Shown here piece by piece: positions 39,416 to 50,725 of a stretch of DNA of 64,000 nt (the stretch's first letter is position 1; each line of letters begins with the position of its first letter). The translations under genes and the position numbers were made by a program. The notes below the pieces were generated by a model. The model worked only from the letters and a program-made list of their open reading frames with translations. It did not search any database and was not told the origin of the DNA. This DNA comes from Candidatus Saccharibacteria bacterium UBA6209. Lineage in GTDB: Bacteria > Patescibacteriota > Saccharimonadia > Saccharimonadales > Saccharimonadaceae. Where the stretch lies: contig DISN01000005.1 of NCBI GenBank assembly GCA_002421965.1, positions 324 to 64,323 on the forward strand, written 5' to 3'.

Positions 39416-41065
39416 ATGGGACGAGTTCGTCGAGCAGTCAGCAGTGTTAATAAGCGGCTAACAGTTAAGTCAGCCGCTATTCTGCTGTCTGGCTCGATGT
39501 TGTTATCGAGTTTATTGGGGTTCTTTCGCGATAGGCTGTTAAATGCCGCCTATATGCCAAATGAGGCTGCGGGCATAGCGGGATATCCAGTCGGGCTAGA
39601 CGCCTACACTGCGGCCTTTATGGTGCCCGACTTCATGTTTGCGGTTTTGGTTTCTGGTGCGCTGAGCGTGACTTTTATACCAGTATTTAATGAGCGCTGG
39701 GTTAAGGGTAATAAAAAGTCTGCCTGGGAAATTGGTTCAAGTATGATCAACTTTATGGCGCTGATTACGCTAATCGCCAGCATACTTATTATTATTTTTG
39801 CCGATCCATTGATGCGTTATGTTATTGCGCCTGGACTTAGTGAGTCTGGACATGCTTTAGCAGTGAGCATGATGCGAGTGATTGCGATCAATCCGTTTAT
39901 TTTTGCTATCGCAGCAGTGATTGCTAGTATACAGCAGGCGGTTGGGCGATTTACTTTTTATGCGCTTGCACCGATGATCTACAATGTCGGTATTATTATT
40001 GGAACTTTGTGGTTTACGGACGGTATAAATATATTTGGCTGGCAGATTTTTGACGGAGGGATTATGGGTGTTGCGCTCGGTGTTGCGCTCGGGTCTGTTC
40101 TGCAGTTGATAGTTAGCTCACTGGGCCTTATTGGGCTTGGTTTTGACTATGATTTTAAGATGCACTGGCGTAATCTTGGATTTAGAAAAGTACTCAAGCT
40201 ACTCCCCGCTCGCTCGGTCGATCAGGGGATGGATTATGGCGTGAGCTTGGTCGAGATAAACCTAGCGTCGAGGATGGCCGACGGTACAATTCGCGCTTAT
40301 CAGCAGGCTTTGACACTCCACATGATGCCGATTAATTTGATTGGTGTGGCAATCTCAAATGCCGCATTTCCAAAGTTAACTGAGCGACTTGGCGAGGGGC
40401 GAGACGACTTATTTAGGTCGGACCTTAGGCGGATATTAAGGGTGATTATTTGGCTGGCGTTGCCGGTGGCGACGATTACCTTCTTTACCAGGGGCTACGT
40501 AGTTCACTTTATCCGTAATGCTGGAGATCCGCTGATGGCGGGGATACTCGGAGCTTTGTGTATTGCGATTCTTTTTCGGACAATTTATCATATGGCAGCT
40601 CGAGCGTTCTATGCGAGGCAAGATACAAAGACTCCACTTTATATATCATTTGTTTCGATTGGCCTAAACGTAATTTTGGCGATTTTACTTTCGACTACAT
40701 TTGATATGGGGGCGTATGGATTGGCCTGGGCTCAGTCGATAGTGGCTGTTGTTGAAGTGGCTATATTGTTTGTGGTCATGGAGAGGCAAATGCCAAAGCT
40801 GATAGACAAGAAATTTACCGGAGCAATCTGGCGTATGGCTGCCGCCACCCTAGTTACTGGAGTGGTCTGTTATGGCGCAGTGTTAATGCTGCCGTTTCGC
40901 GAGCTGGACAATAGTTTTTATAGCGCCTTTCCAAGGTTTGTAGCGATTGTACTGATTAGTTTTGTTGCATACGGTATTATGTCCAAGCTGCTTCGTCTGC
41001 ATGAGATTGAGCCAGTGCTTGATCGCATTAAGCGCCTGGTGTCACGGCTTGATGTTGGCAGATAG
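39416..41065 (+). CDS. murJ: Lipid II flippase
   Basis: LLGFFRDRL, AFMVPD, FIPVF and multi-TM MviN pattern. Confidence 0.93.
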   Translation: MGRVRRAVSSVNKRLTVKSAAILLSGSMLLSSLLGFFRDRLLNAAYMPNEAAGIAGYPVGLDAYTAAFMVPDFMFAVLVSGALSVTFIPVFNERWVKGNKKSAWEIGSSMINFMALITLIASILIIIFADPLMRYVIAPGLSESGHALAVSMMRVIAINPFIFAIAAVIASIQQAVGRFTFYALAPMIYNVGIIIGTLWFTDGINIFGWQIFDGGIMGVALGVALGSVLQLIVSSLGLIGLGFDYDFKMHWRNLGFRKVLKLLPARSVDQGMDYGVSLVEINLASRMADGTIRAYQQALTLHMMPINLIGVAISNAAFPKLTERLGEGRDDLFRSDLRRILRVIIWLALPVATITFFTRGYVVHFIRNAGDPLMAGILGALCIAILFRTIYHMAARAFYARQDTKTPLYISFVSIGLNVILAILLSTTFDMGAYGLAWAQSIVAVVEVAILFVVMERQMPKLIDKKFTGAIWRMAAATLVTGVVCYGAVLMLPFRELDNSFYSAFPRFVAIVLISFVAYGIMSKLLRLHEIEPVLDRIKRLVSRLDVGR

Positions 41066-41098
41066 TAAACAAAGTGTTTTCGTGATACACTAACAGAG

Positions 41099-42880
41099 AT
41101 GAAACAGATGGAAAATATTCGAAATTTTTGTATTATTGCTCATATTGACCACGGCAAATCTACTTTGGCCGATCGAATGATGGAGCTTACCGGGACTGTT
41201 CAGAAGCGAGATATGAAATCTCAGCTACTAGACAGCATGGACTTGGAGCGCGAAAAGGGTATTACCATCAAGCTAACTCCAGTTAGGATGCGACATGCGG
41301 GGCACGACCTGAATCTGATTGATACCCCAGGGCATGTTGATTTTAGCTATGAAGTTAGTCGATCGCTGCAGGCCTGCGAGGGTGCGATATTAGTAGTTGA
41401 TGCTAGTCAGGGCATCCAGGCGCAGACGCTAGCTAATGTATATCTGGCTCTAGAGCAAGATTTGACAATTATTCCAGTGCTAAATAAAGTTGACTTACCT
41501 GCTGCCGATGTGCCACGGGTGTCGAAAGAGGTAATTAACCTTCTAGGCTGCCGAGAAGAGGATATCATTAAGATTTCGGCTAAAACTGGTGAAAATGTTG
41601 ACCAGGTTTTGGACGCAATTATCGAGAGAGTGCCAGCACCTCATGGCGAGACCGATGGTTCGACTAGGGCTTTGATATTTGACTCTTACTACGACGACTA
41701 TCGAGGGGTTATTTTGTATACCCGGGTGGTGGACGGTCAAATACTAAAGGGTGATCAGATCCAGATGTTAGCTACTGGCGCCAAGGGGCTGGCTCTTGAA
41801 GTCGGTCAGCTTAGTCCAGATATGAGACCTCAAGATGACATTTGTGCCGGACATATTGGTTATATTGTTACTAACCTCAAGACTACGCGTGATGCAAGAG
41901 TCGGCGATACTATCACTGTGGCTCGTCAGCCTGCCCAGCAGCCGCTTCCTGGCTATAAGCACGTCAAGCCATTTGTTTATGCCGGATTTTTCCCAGTTTC
42001 AAACGAGGACTACAATGAACTCAAGGAGGCTATAGAGAAGCTTAGCCTGAGTGATAGTGCCCTGCAGTTCGAGCCAGAGAATTCACCGGTGCTTGGTTTT
42101 GGCGTGAGGATCGGTTTTTTGGGGCTACTACATATGGATATTATCCGAGAAAGGCTGGAGCGAGAGTATAATCTAGACCTAGTCGTGACGAATCCAAGTA
42201 CCGATTATCAGGTTACGCTGACTTCGGGCGAGGAGACGGATATCAAATCGGCTGCGGATTTGCCGCCAGTACCTAGTATTGCCGAGATACGTGAACCGTG
42301 GATTGACGGTGAGATTGTTGTGCCGCAGCAGTTTATTGGCCCAGTGATTCAGCTAATCGTTTCAAAGCGTGGCCGCCAGAAGAACTTAAGTTATATTGAT
42401 GAGCGGGCACTGATCTCATTTGAGGCGCCTTTAGCTAACCTACTGACTGATTTTTACGACCAACTAAAGAGTGTCACGAGTGGCTACGGGTCATTTAATT
42501 ATGAGCTATCTGAATACCGTGCAGAAGATTTGGTTCGAATTGATTTCTACGTTGGTGGCGAAATGGTTGATTCGCTATCAATTATGGCCCACCGCTCAGA
42601 GAGTCAGGGTTTGGGGCGTGATATCGTCAAAAAGCTTAAAGAAGTTGTGCCTCGTCAGAGTTTCCAAGTTAGTCTCCAGGCGGCAATTGGTGGCAAGTTC
42701 ATTGCTCGCGAGGATATTTCGGCTTATCGAAAAGATGTGACTGCAAAATTATACGGTGGTGATGTTTCGCGTCGCAAAAAGCTTTTAGCTAAGCAGGCTA
42801 AGGGTAAAAAACGTATGAAAAAATTCGGTAATGTCGAAATCCCATCAGAGGCGTTTACTGTCATGCTAAAGCGTGATTAA
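41099..42880 (+). CDS. lepA: Elongation factor 4
   Basis: AHIDHGKST, DTPGH, NKVD, GFLGLLH, KLYGGDVSRRKKLL motifs. Confidence 0.98.
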   Translation: MKQMENIRNFCIIAHIDHGKSTLADRMMELTGTVQKRDMKSQLLDSMDLEREKGITIKLTPVRMRHAGHDLNLIDTPGHVDFSYEVSRSLQACEGAILVVDASQGIQAQTLANVYLALEQDLTIIPVLNKVDLPAADVPRVSKEVINLLGCREEDIIKISAKTGENVDQVLDAIIERVPAPHGETDGSTRALIFDSYYDDYRGVILYTRVVDGQILKGDQIQMLATGAKGLALEVGQLSPDMRPQDDICAGHIGYIVTNLKTTRDARVGDTITVARQPAQQPLPGYKHVKPFVYAGFFPVSNEDYNELKEAIEKLSLSDSALQFEPENSPVLGFGVRIGFLGLLHMDIIRERLEREYNLDLVVTNPSTDYQVTLTSGEETDIKSAADLPPVPSIAEIREPWIDGEIVVPQQFIGPVIQLIVSKRGRQKNLSYIDERALISFEAPLANLLTDFYDQLKSVTSGYGSFNYELSEYRAEDLVRIDFYVGGEMVDSLSIMAHRSESQGLGRDIVKKLKEVVPRQSFQVSLQAAIGGKFIAREDISAYRKDVTAKLYGGDVSRRKKLLAKQAKGKKRMKKFGNVEIPSEAFTVMLKRD

Positions 42881-43149
42881 TTCTAAGAAAAGTTATTAAT
42901 GTTGTGCCTATGCTCTGTTGCAGTCGACTTTGATGCGGGCGAGCTATTAACACAAAAAGATCGAATTAATTTTTTCTTTTTTTAGCGAAAGGAAATCTCT
43001 CTATATCGTAGCAGCTGGATTATCCAGTGCTCTTAGTGTGCGGAAGGCTTGTGACACGAAATCTATAATTCTTTTTTGTGTAGGTAGCGTAGCATGTTTG
43101 TCGTGCGATGCGTCTAGATATTAATCTGTATCTGTGGTGTAATAATGTA

Positions 43150-43863
43150 ATGGAACATCTCAGGGAATTAGTCGACAACTATCAGCCAAGCGAGCAGACA
43201 GTTAATCTTGTGCGTAGTACCAGATTAGTCTTACTAGCCGGCATATCTGGAGCTGGAAAAGATACAGTTAAGCGTGCACTGATAAGCAAAAATCCAATTT
43301 TTCACAATATCGTGTCTCATACGACACGGCAGCTGCGCAGTAATAATAATATGCTCGAACGTGATGGTGTTGATTATCACTTTATAGATAATTATGCGGC
43401 AGAAAATATGCTCCAGGCTGGAGGGTTTGTTGAGGCCAAGTTTGTCCACGGTACGGTTTATGGTACGTCTGTTGCTGAAATTCAAAGGGCCCGCGAATCT
43501 GGCAAAATTGCAATTACAGATATAGATGTACAGGGAGTTGCTGAATTCAAGGAAATTACCCCGGGAGCGGTATCAATCTTTATCGTACCCCCAGCCTATG
43601 ATACATGGGTCGAGCGTCTAAAAAGTCGCTATGCAACAGAGGATGAATTTGTCGCAGAATGGCCGAAGAGGCGAGCTAGCTCGGTTAAGGAGCTGGAGCA
43701 CGCATTAAATATGCCATACTACCATTTTATAATTAACGACGATCTAGACAGGGCGGTTCGAGTGAGTGAGGAGATTATCCTTCGCGAGGACGTATTTTAC
43801 GAAAAAGACAACGAAGCTCGAATAATGGCACATAATTTACTGGATCAAATACGGGCAAGTTAA
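43150..43863 (+). CDS. gmk: Guanylate kinase
   Basis: GISGAGKDT, SHTTR, YGTS, DIDVQG motifs; start set at ATG 43150. Confidence 0.9.
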   Translation: MEHLRELVDNYQPSEQTVNLVRSTRLVLLAGISGAGKDTVKRALISKNPIFHNIVSHTTRQLRSNNNMLERDGVDYHFIDNYAAENMLQAGGFVEAKFVHGTVYGTSVAEIQRARESGKIAITDIDVQGVAEFKEITPGAVSIFIVPPAYDTWVERLKSRYATEDEFVAEWPKRRASSVKELEHALNMPYYHFIINDDLDRAVRVSEEIILREDVFYEKDNEARIMAHNLLDQIRAS

Positions 43864-43943
43864 TTTAACCTTATTGTTCAGAAAGCTAAGAATAGCCCTG
43901 ATATTTCAGACTGTCTGCAGAGGTATTGTCGCCGATATATCTG

Positions 43944-43970
43944 TTGGCACTCGTATTGTGTGAGTGCCAA
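43944..43970. promoter_or_regulatory. CIRCE operator upstream of hrcA
   Basis: TTGGCACTC-N9-GAGTGCCAA. Confidence 0.92.
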
Positions 43971-43990
43971 ACGTGTGCTATAGTTAAATT

Positions 43991-44713
43991 ATGACTGAGC
44001 GACAAGCAGCAATTTTAAATACCATTATCGAACAGTACGCTGAAGTTGCAGTGCCAGTTGGTAGTGTGACTCTTGCTAAATTGTTTGGCGTGTCCTCGGC
44101 GACAGTTCGCTCAGAGATGGCACAACTTGAGGAGCTCGGTATGATTACTCAGCCGCACACAAGTGCAGGTCGAGTTCCTACAGATAAGGGATATCGATTT
44201 TATGTGAATCGCTTATCGGAGGAACAAGGGCATAATATGCCCATGGGCCAGCCGAAGTCTATCGATCGTAGTGCGAGAGCGATTGATGCCAGAGTGCAGA
44301 CCCATGCTAATCGAGCCGATCAGGCAATCAGGAGTGCGGTAAATAGTCTGGTTGAGCTAACACATAATATGGGGCTAGCGACGATTGGCGATGAGCTATA
44401 TATGAGCGGCATTAGTAATCTATTTTCACACCCTGAATACAGTAATGGCAGTCATGTTCAGGCAGTGGCAAGGCTCATTGATAATCTTGAGCCATGGCTC
44501 AGGGAGGTTGCGCCTAACGAGCCACTAAATGTTTATATTGGTAGCGAAAATCCTATTGGTAAATCTTCTGGTGCCAGTTTGATTATAAGTAAATTCCGCT
44601 CGCCGTATTCAAATTGTAGTTATATTGGAGTTCTCGGTCCAACCAGGCAGGACTATGCTAAGACAATGCGGCTAGTTGCGTACACCGGGGCATTATTAGA
44701 GGAGGTTTTATAA
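43991..44713 (+). CDS. hrcA: Heat-inducible transcription repressor, short form
   Basis: PVGS, SSATVRSEM, PHTSAGRVPTDKGYRFYV, GPTRQDY motifs. Confidence 0.96.
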   Translation: MTERQAAILNTIIEQYAEVAVPVGSVTLAKLFGVSSATVRSEMAQLEELGMITQPHTSAGRVPTDKGYRFYVNRLSEEQGHNMPMGQPKSIDRSARAIDARVQTHANRADQAIRSAVNSLVELTHNMGLATIGDELYMSGISNLFSHPEYSNGSHVQAVARLIDNLEPWLREVAPNEPLNVYIGSENPIGKSSGASLIISKFRSPYSNCSYIGVLGPTRQDYAKTMRLVAYTGALLEEVL

Positions 44714-45181
44714 ATGGCAAAGACAAAGAAGAAAATTGAGCTCGAGCAGCAAATTAGTGAATTAACACAGGACCTGCAGCGACAGCGAGCGGATTTTGAG
44801 AATTATCGAAAACGAGTTGAGATAGAGAAAGACCAGGCAAAGCAAGCAGGGAAAATTCAGGCTGTCTATAAGTTACTGCCTGTGATTGATACCATTGATC
44901 GAGCGGTTGCCAACGTGCCGGCCGAGCTTCAGGGTAATTCCTGGGCCGAGGGCGTAGTGAAATTATCTAAAAATCTTGAGAAGATGACTGGCGAATTAAA
45001 GCTAGAGAAGATTGCAATTGTCTCTGGCGAGACACTGTTTGATCCAGAATTACACGAGGCTGTTCAGATGAGCGAGGACGCTACTGGTGATCAAGAGGTT
45101 GTTGATTCTGAAATGCAAACAGGCTGGAAATTAGAAGGCGCAGTTATTCGCCCATCGATGGTTCGGGTTACTCGAAAATAG
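44714..45181 (+). CDS. grpE: Nucleotide exchange factor GrpE
   Basis: ADFENYRKR, FDPELHEAV, IRPSMVRV motifs. Confidence 0.96.
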   Translation: MAKTKKKIELEQQISELTQDLQRQRADFENYRKRVEIEKDQAKQAGKIQAVYKLLPVIDTIDRAVANVPAELQGNSWAEGVVKLSKNLEKMTGELKLEKIAIVSGETLFDPELHEAVQMSEDATGDQEVVDSEMQTGWKLEGAVIRPSMVRVTRK

Positions 45182-45372
45182 ACCTCTTGACGCTAATAGC
45201 ATCTAGAAAATCAATTCCGGGTGGGGATGCTGCTTCTTGAGGTGATATTTTAAATGATTTTTTTGCTATTAGATGACCTTCTTACTGCAGTATCGACGAA
45301 CATATTTCGCCCTACAGTGACTCTGGCATTTTGTGACACATCGCCAGTATTTGTTATGAAATAAATAGATTA

Positions 45373-45399
45373 TTAGCACTCGCTTGACATGAGTGCTAA
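45373..45399. promoter_or_regulatory. CIRCE operator 1 upstream of dnaK
   Basis: TTAGCACTC-N9-GAGTGCTAA (perfect consensus). Confidence 0.95.
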
Positions 45400-45419
45400 T
45401 TTTATATACACTAAAAGTA

Positions 45420-45446
45420 TTGGCACTCGCAGCTAAAGAGTGCTAA
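45420..45446. promoter_or_regulatory. CIRCE operator 2 upstream of dnaK
   Basis: TTGGCACTC-N9-GAGTGCTAA. Confidence 0.93.
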
Positions 45447-45491
45447 AATATATACAAGAAATATGAACGTTTAATGAAAGGGGATATATCC

Positions 45492-47396
45492 ATGGGAAAG
45501 ATTATCGGAATTGACCTTGGTACAACTAACTCTGCTTTCGCCTACATGGTAGCGGGTAAGCCAGAGGTAATTGCTAACGCCGAGGGCAATCGAACGACAC
45601 CTAGTGTCGTCGCAGTAAATAAAAGCGGTGAACGCCTGGTTGGTCAGGTGGCACAGCGTCAGCGAGTTACTAACGCTAAGAACACAATTTACGGCGTTAA
45701 GCGACTAATCGGTCGCAAATTTGAGGACAAAGAGGTTCAAAAAGACATCGATATCATGCCGTTTAAGATCGTTAAGAAAAACGGTGGTGTTGCAGTAGAA
45801 ATGGGTGGCAAAGAGTACACTCCAGAGGAAGTCTCGGCAATGATTCTGTCAAAGATCAAGGCAGATGCCGAAGCGTTTCTCGGCGAGAAGGTGACCGAGG
45901 CTGTTATTACAGTCCCTGCTTACTTTGACGACTCACAGCGCCAGGCGACCAAAGACGCGGGTAAGATTGCTGGACTTGAGGTTAAGCGAATTATTAACGA
46001 GCCAACTGCCGCTGCACTAGCTTACGGTCTAGATAACGCCAAAGAGGAAAAGATTGCTGTATTCGACCTTGGTGGTGGTACATTTGATGTCTCTATCCTG
46101 GAGCTGGGCGACGGTGTCTTTGAGGTTAAATCAACAAACGGTGACACGCATCTAGGAGGTGAAGACTTCGATAATGTTATCGTTAATTACTTTATCGATG
46201 ATTTCAAGAAAAAAGAAGGCATCGACCTTAAGAAAGATAACGCTGCTATGCAGCGACTTAAGGACGAGGCTGAGAAGGCCAAGAAGGAGCTATCAAGCAC
46301 TAGCGAATACGAAGTGAACATCCCATTTATTACCGCTGACGCTGATGGCCCTAAGCATTTTGAATTAAAATTGAGCCGTGCGAAGCTTGAGGAGCTGGTA
46401 TCTGATCTGATCGATCGACTAGCTGGTCCTGTTGAGAAGGCCCTGAAGGATGCTAAGTTAAGCGCCAAAGATATCGATGAAGTTGTTTTGGTAGGTGGAA
46501 TGACCCGTATGCCAGCGGTTGTCGACAAGGTTAGGTCGATATTTGGCAAAGACCCGATGCAGGGTGTTAACCCAGATGAGGTTGTGGCAGTTGGAGCTGC
46601 AATCCAGGGTGGTGTGCTGGCAGGTGACGTCAAGGACGTGCTGCTACTCGACGTAACCCCGTTGACTCTAGGTATCGAGACGGCTGGCGGTGTTCGTACG
46701 GCAATGATTGATCGCAATACTACTGTGCCGACTTCGAAGTCTCAGGTATTCTCAACTTATGCTGACAATCAGCCACAGGTTGAGATTCACGTTCTGCAGG
46801 GTGAGCGCGAGATGGCGGCCGACAATAAGAGCCTGGGTACTTTCATACTTGATGGAATTGCTCCAGCGCCTCGCGGCGTGCCGCAAATCGAGGTTACATT
46901 TAGCCTGGATGCAAATGGTATCCTTAACGTGACCGCCAAGGACAAGGGTACTGGTAAAGAGAACTCAGTAACTATCCAGGATAGCGGCAACATGTCCAAG
47001 GAAGATATTGAAAAGGCTCAAAAAGAGGCAGAACTTCATGCTGACGATGACAAGAAGAAGCGTGAGGCTGCAGAGTCACGCAATACACTCGAAAACGCTA
47101 TCTACCAGGCAGAGAAAATGCCAAGTGAGTATAAAGACAAGATCTCTGATGAAGATAAGAAGACTATCGAAGACGCTGTTGTTGCTGCTAAGAAGATCAA
47201 GGATGACGACAAGTCCGACAAAGATGATCTAGAAAAGGCAACCAAGGAGTTGACGGATACAATTATGCCAATTGGCGCTAAGTTGTACGAAGAAGCTTCA
47301 AAGGACGAAGCCAAATCAGACGATGACAGCAAAAAGTCTAGGAAAGACAAAAAATCAGACGAGGCTGTTGAAGGTGAAGTAGTCGAAGATAAGTAG
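45492..47396 (+). CDS. dnaK: Chaperone DnaK
   Basis: [23 protein letters not shown] motifs; start set at MGKIIG. Confidence 0.99.
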   Translation: MGKIIGIDLGTTNSAFAYMVAGKPEVIANAEGNRTTPSVVAVNKSGERLVGQVAQRQRVTNAKNTIYGVKRLIGRKFEDKEVQKDIDIMPFKIVKKNGGVAVEMGGKEYTPEEVSAMILSKIKADAEAFLGEKVTEAVITVPAYFDDSQRQATKDAGKIAGLEVKRIINEPTAAALAYGLDNAKEEKIAVFDLGGGTFDVSILELGDGVFEVKSTNGDTHLGGEDFDNVIVNYFIDDFKKKEGIDLKKDNAAMQRLKDEAEKAKKELSSTSEYEVNIPFITADADGPKHFELKLSRAKLEELVSDLIDRLAGPVEKALKDAKLSAKDIDEVVLVGGMTRMPAVVDKVRSIFGKDPMQGVNPDEVVAVGAAIQGGVLAGDVKDVLLLDVTPLTLGIETAGGVRTAMIDRNTTVPTSKSQVFSTYADNQPQVEIHVLQGEREMAADNKSLGTFILDGIAPAPRGVPQIEVTFSLDANGILNVTAKDKGTGKENSVTIQDSGNMSKEDIEKAQKEAELHADDDKKKREAAESRNTLENAIYQAEKMPSEYKDKISDEDKKTIEDAVVAAKKIKDDDKSDKDDLEKATKELTDTIMPIGAKLYEEASKDEAKSDDDSKKSRKDKKSDEAVEGEVVEDK

Positions 47397-47408
47397 GCCT
47401 AGTTCTCA

Positions 47409-47443
47409 AAAAATAACTCGTCCTAATCGGGCGAGTTATTTTT
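47409..47443 (+). terminator. Terminator after dnaK
   Basis: AAAAATAACTCGTCC-TAATC-GGGCGAGTTATTTTT. Confidence 0.88.
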
Positions 47444-47444
47444 A

Positions 47445-47471
47445 TTAGCACTCTTGCGCGCAGAGTGCTAG
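47445..47471. promoter_or_regulatory. CIRCE operator upstream of dnaJ
   Basis: TTAGCACTC-N9-GAGTGCTAG. Confidence 0.9.
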
Positions 47472-47492
47472 CTTGCTATAATAAGTACATAT

Positions 47493-48593
47493 ATGGCACA
47501 GCGTGATTACTATGAAGTTCTGGGGGTATCAAAAACTGCCTCCGAAGATGAGATTAAAAAAGCCTTCCGTAAGGGTGCGGTTAAATATCACCCAGATAAA
47601 GAAGGCGGTGATGAGGCAAAGTTTAAGGAAATAAATGAGGCCTACGAGGTCCTTAAAGACAAGCAAAAACGTCAACGCTACGATCAGTTTGGTCATGCCG
47701 GCGTTGGTGGAGCGACTGGCGGTGCTCAGGGCAATCCGTTTGAGGGATTCGATTTTGGCGGCCAAGGCATGCAATTTGACTTTGGCGGCGGCCTAGGTGA
47801 TATTTTTGGTCAGTTTTTTGGTGGTGCTCAGGGTGCACAACAGGGTCCACGGCGTGGTCGTGATGTTGAAACGAGCATTACGCTTACCTTCGAAGAAGCT
47901 GTATTCGGCGTAGAAAAGAAAATCTCCCTCAACTTGGATGACGAGTGTGACCACTGTCATGGCACTGGTGCCGAACCTGGCTATAGCCTAAAGACTTGTC
48001 CGGACTGTAAAGGTGCCGGTCAGCAAACCCGTGTGATGAACTCGATATTTGGTCAGATCCAGCAGGCCGTAACCTGTCAAACTTGTCGCGGTAAGGGCAA
48101 GATTCCAGAGAAAGAATGTTCGATTTGTGGCGGCAAGGGCACAACACGCCAAGCTCGCGAGATAAAGATCAAGATCCCAGCAGGCATAGACGACGGTGCC
48201 ACCATTCGCCTCCGTGAGCATGGTGAAGCGGTTCAAAATGGCTCAAAGGGCGACCTCTATGTCCATATCCGTGTCAAGGCACACAAGAAATTCACCAGAG
48301 AGGGTAATATTATTCTATCTGTGGAGCACATCTCTATGGTCGACGCGGCCCTCGGTACTGAAATTGATGTCGATACGGTGGACGGCAAGGTTCGTATGAA
48401 AATTCCAGCCGGCACCCAAAACGGCACCGACTTTAAGCTGTCTGGCCATGGTGTGCCGAATTTTCGTAACGAATCTCGCGGCCCACATATTGTCGGTATC
48501 GTTGTAGATATCCCGACAAAACTCTCCAAAAGGCAAAAAGAGATACTGGAAGAGTTCAAGAAGAGCGGTAAAAAGGGTATATTTGGCATCTAA
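47493..48593 (+). CDS. dnaJ: Chaperone DnaJ
   Basis: HPD motif, G/F-rich region, four CxxCxGxG repeats. Confidence 0.98.
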   Translation: MAQRDYYEVLGVSKTASEDEIKKAFRKGAVKYHPDKEGGDEAKFKEINEAYEVLKDKQKRQRYDQFGHAGVGGATGGAQGNPFEGFDFGGQGMQFDFGGGLGDIFGQFFGGAQGAQQGPRRGRDVETSITLTFEEAVFGVEKKISLNLDDECDHCHGTGAEPGYSLKTCPDCKGAGQQTRVMNSIFGQIQQAVTCQTCRGKGKIPEKECSICGGKGTTRQAREIKIKIPAGIDDGATIRLREHGEAVQNGSKGDLYVHIRVKAHKKFTREGNIILSVEHISMVDAALGTEIDVDTVDGKVRMKIPAGTQNGTDFKLSGHGVPNFRNESRGPHIVGIVVDIPTKLSKRQKEILEEFKKSGKKGIFGI

Positions 48594-48641
48594 GCCGTGA
48601 TTAAACTTGCTTTTATGTCTAAAGTATGTTATAATCAAATC

Positions 48642-50138
48642 ATGATTCAGACGACTGAACAAATAAATACATCCAGGCCCCTAGAATATGACATCAGTCC
48701 TCGAAGTCTCCCAGAGGCGGGGTTTCAGTCGTATGAGATGCTAAAAAGTAACACCAGCAGCCAGAAGGAGTCTTTCATCTCTGGTATGGTGCGTAATCCT
48801 GAGCCAACTTATCCGTACCTCGAATCTCTCGCTCAGATGGATGCCGGGATACTTCGTCTTTATGACGCTATAGAGACTGTAAAGAATCTTGAGCCAGACG
48901 AGGAAAAGGCATCAATTGTTGCGGCTTCTCTTGAGTTTCGCATAGCGGAGATGGAGTACGTCAAACTACTTGGAAGGCTTGATTTTGCCGTAAAAGAGAG
49001 GCTACCCGAAGATAAGGTGAGGGAGTTGGCTGATGAGGTGCGTACTGTTGGTGAGCAGCTATATGGCATACCTAATCCCGAGATCCGCGATGCGGCGGTT
49101 GCTGAGGTTTGGTCGCAGCTCGACGGGAAGCAATTGTCTTCATCGGCCCAGAGACTATATGACGATTTACATAACGGCTTTTCGTGGAATGGTAGTGAAA
49201 TTGCACCGTTATCTCGACCCGAGTCAGCCAAGAGCCTGCCCGACTTCAACCATCCGTCGCTCGCATGGGCGGGTGAGATCATCCTCGAAGATAGCTCGGA
49301 GCTTGAGGCTTATTTCAACGAATGGTGGGCGGACAAGGTGGCAGAGTATGGCGAAGACTACGCAGCATATCCTGAGGATATAGTCGAAGCATACAGGGGT
49401 GCATTTAAGCTGCTCGATCCCGAGGGTAGGTCTGGAGTTGATGTAATTCTCGATCCCGAGGCATCGGCTCTTTCCTGGGAGTCTTCGCTTATGGCGATTA
49501 AGGTTGGTAAAAAGCGTGCACCAATTTGTAGCGCCGCAACATTATTTCAGAAATACCTACATGAGGGCAAGGGGCACGGTGGCCGCGCCATAAGTGGTCT
49601 GAGCAGCGGCCTGTCAGTTCTAGGTACGGGACTCTACACTAACACAGTTAGGCCGGATTATTTAACCTTTGAAGAGGGGCTGTGTACTACTATCGAAGAG
49701 GTGGTTAGCGAGTCTGATCCTCAGTGGGATGGCGCTAAGCTTGGTCATTACATTAATATTTCCCTTGTTGCCGATGGTGCTGATTTTCGTGCGACATTTG
49801 AAACTGCGTGGCGCTATCGACTGCTAATGAAGCTGAAGGACGGACAGGACGTGACGGATGACATGGTTGCGAAAGAGCAGGGAGTCGCCTATACTGCCCT
49901 TGTTCGTATATTCCGTGGCACACCAATGAATATGGGCGAGAGTTACCCGGATATACCACCGGTGACGTTTAATAAAGACTTAGCGTACTTGAACGGCCGC
50001 ATACTAGCCATGAATCATATTGCCAAACTGCACGAAACAGAAGATAGCGCTGGGCTAATGAGGTTGTTTGTAGCAAAGTATGATCCGACAGTTCCTGAGC
50101 AGCAAGAAATTGTTGATAAATACTGCTCAGCTGTCTAG
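48642..50138 (+). CDS. DUF1704/QEGLA-motif (MATCAP-like) metallopeptidase
   Basis: HEGKGH (HExxxH), EEGL, KDLAYLNG motifs; TTGCTT-N17-TATAAT + 6 nt to ATG 48642. Confidence 0.75.
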   Translation: MIQTTEQINTSRPLEYDISPRSLPEAGFQSYEMLKSNTSSQKESFISGMVRNPEPTYPYLESLAQMDAGILRLYDAIETVKNLEPDEEKASIVAASLEFRIAEMEYVKLLGRLDFAVKERLPEDKVRELADEVRTVGEQLYGIPNPEIRDAAVAEVWSQLDGKQLSSSAQRLYDDLHNGFSWNGSEIAPLSRPESAKSLPDFNHPSLAWAGEIILEDSSELEAYFNEWWADKVAEYGEDYAAYPEDIVEAYRGAFKLLDPEGRSGVDVILDPEASALSWESSLMAIKVGKKRAPICSAATLFQKYLHEGKGHGGRAISGLSSGLSVLGTGLYTNTVRPDYLTFEEGLCTTIEEVVSESDPQWDGAKLGHYINISLVADGADFRATFETAWRYRLLMKLKDGQDVTDDMVAKEQGVAYTALVRIFRGTPMNMGESYPDIPPVTFNKDLAYLNGRILAMNHIAKLHETEDSAGLMRLFVAKYDPTVPEQQEIVDKYCSAV

Positions 50139-50194
50139 GGTAAAGTGGGCGACTAGGGCTGGACATTTCAGCTAAGTTATGCTATTATGAAATA

Positions 50195-50725
50195 ATGAGT
50201 GAAAAAAGCAACAGTCTAATAACGGTTGGTCGTACTGAGAGGATTGATATCCCTGTAGAGGGGATAAAAAATGTACCTGCTAAGATTGATACTGGGGCTG
50301 ATAGTTCGTCAATTTGGGCATCAGAGTTGAGTATTGATGACGACAATGTGCTGTCGTTTTGCTTGTTTGCTAAGGGCTCGCCGTATTATACTGGTAAGAG
50401 GCATGAAGCGCGCGGCTACACTGCCATCGGGGTTCGTAGCGCTCATGGTACGCTCCAGGTGCGCTATAAGATCCAGATGGTGGTACGATTGGGTGGTAGG
50501 CGAGTTAGGGCGACATTTACTTTGTCTGATCGCTCACAGAACACCTATCCAGTATTGATTGGCTGCAGGCTATTGAGCAAAAAATTCTTGGTAGATGTCT
50601 CTAAGGGGTCTAGATTAGCCACTAATAAACCCATACACGGCCTACGCGAAGAGCTGAACCAAGATCCAAAGGCATTTTTTGAAAAATATCACAGTAATAA
50701 TCACCGAGGAGATGTAGATCTATGA
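50195..50725 (+). CDS. RimK-associated retropepsin-like protease (RimB-like)
   Basis: AKIDTGADSSS, LSDRSQNTYPVLIGCRLL; overlaps the rimK start. Confidence 0.87.
   Translation: MSEKSNSLITVGRTERIDIPVEGIKNVPAKIDTGADSSSIWASELSIDDDNVLSFCLFAKGSPYYTGKRHEARGYTAIGVRSAHGTLQVRYKIQMVVRLGGRRVRATFTLSDRSQNTYPVLIGCRLLSKKFLVDVSKGSRLATNKPIHGLREELNQDPKAFFEKYHSNNHRGDVDL

Noticed and set aside
42881-43149. AT-rich 270-bp gap between lepA and gmk
   Set aside because: Only short ORFs without start signals and no convincing stable structure seen
45182-45372. Gap between grpE and the dnaK CIRCE pair
   Set aside because: Short open frames lack starts; nothing beyond promoter context was found
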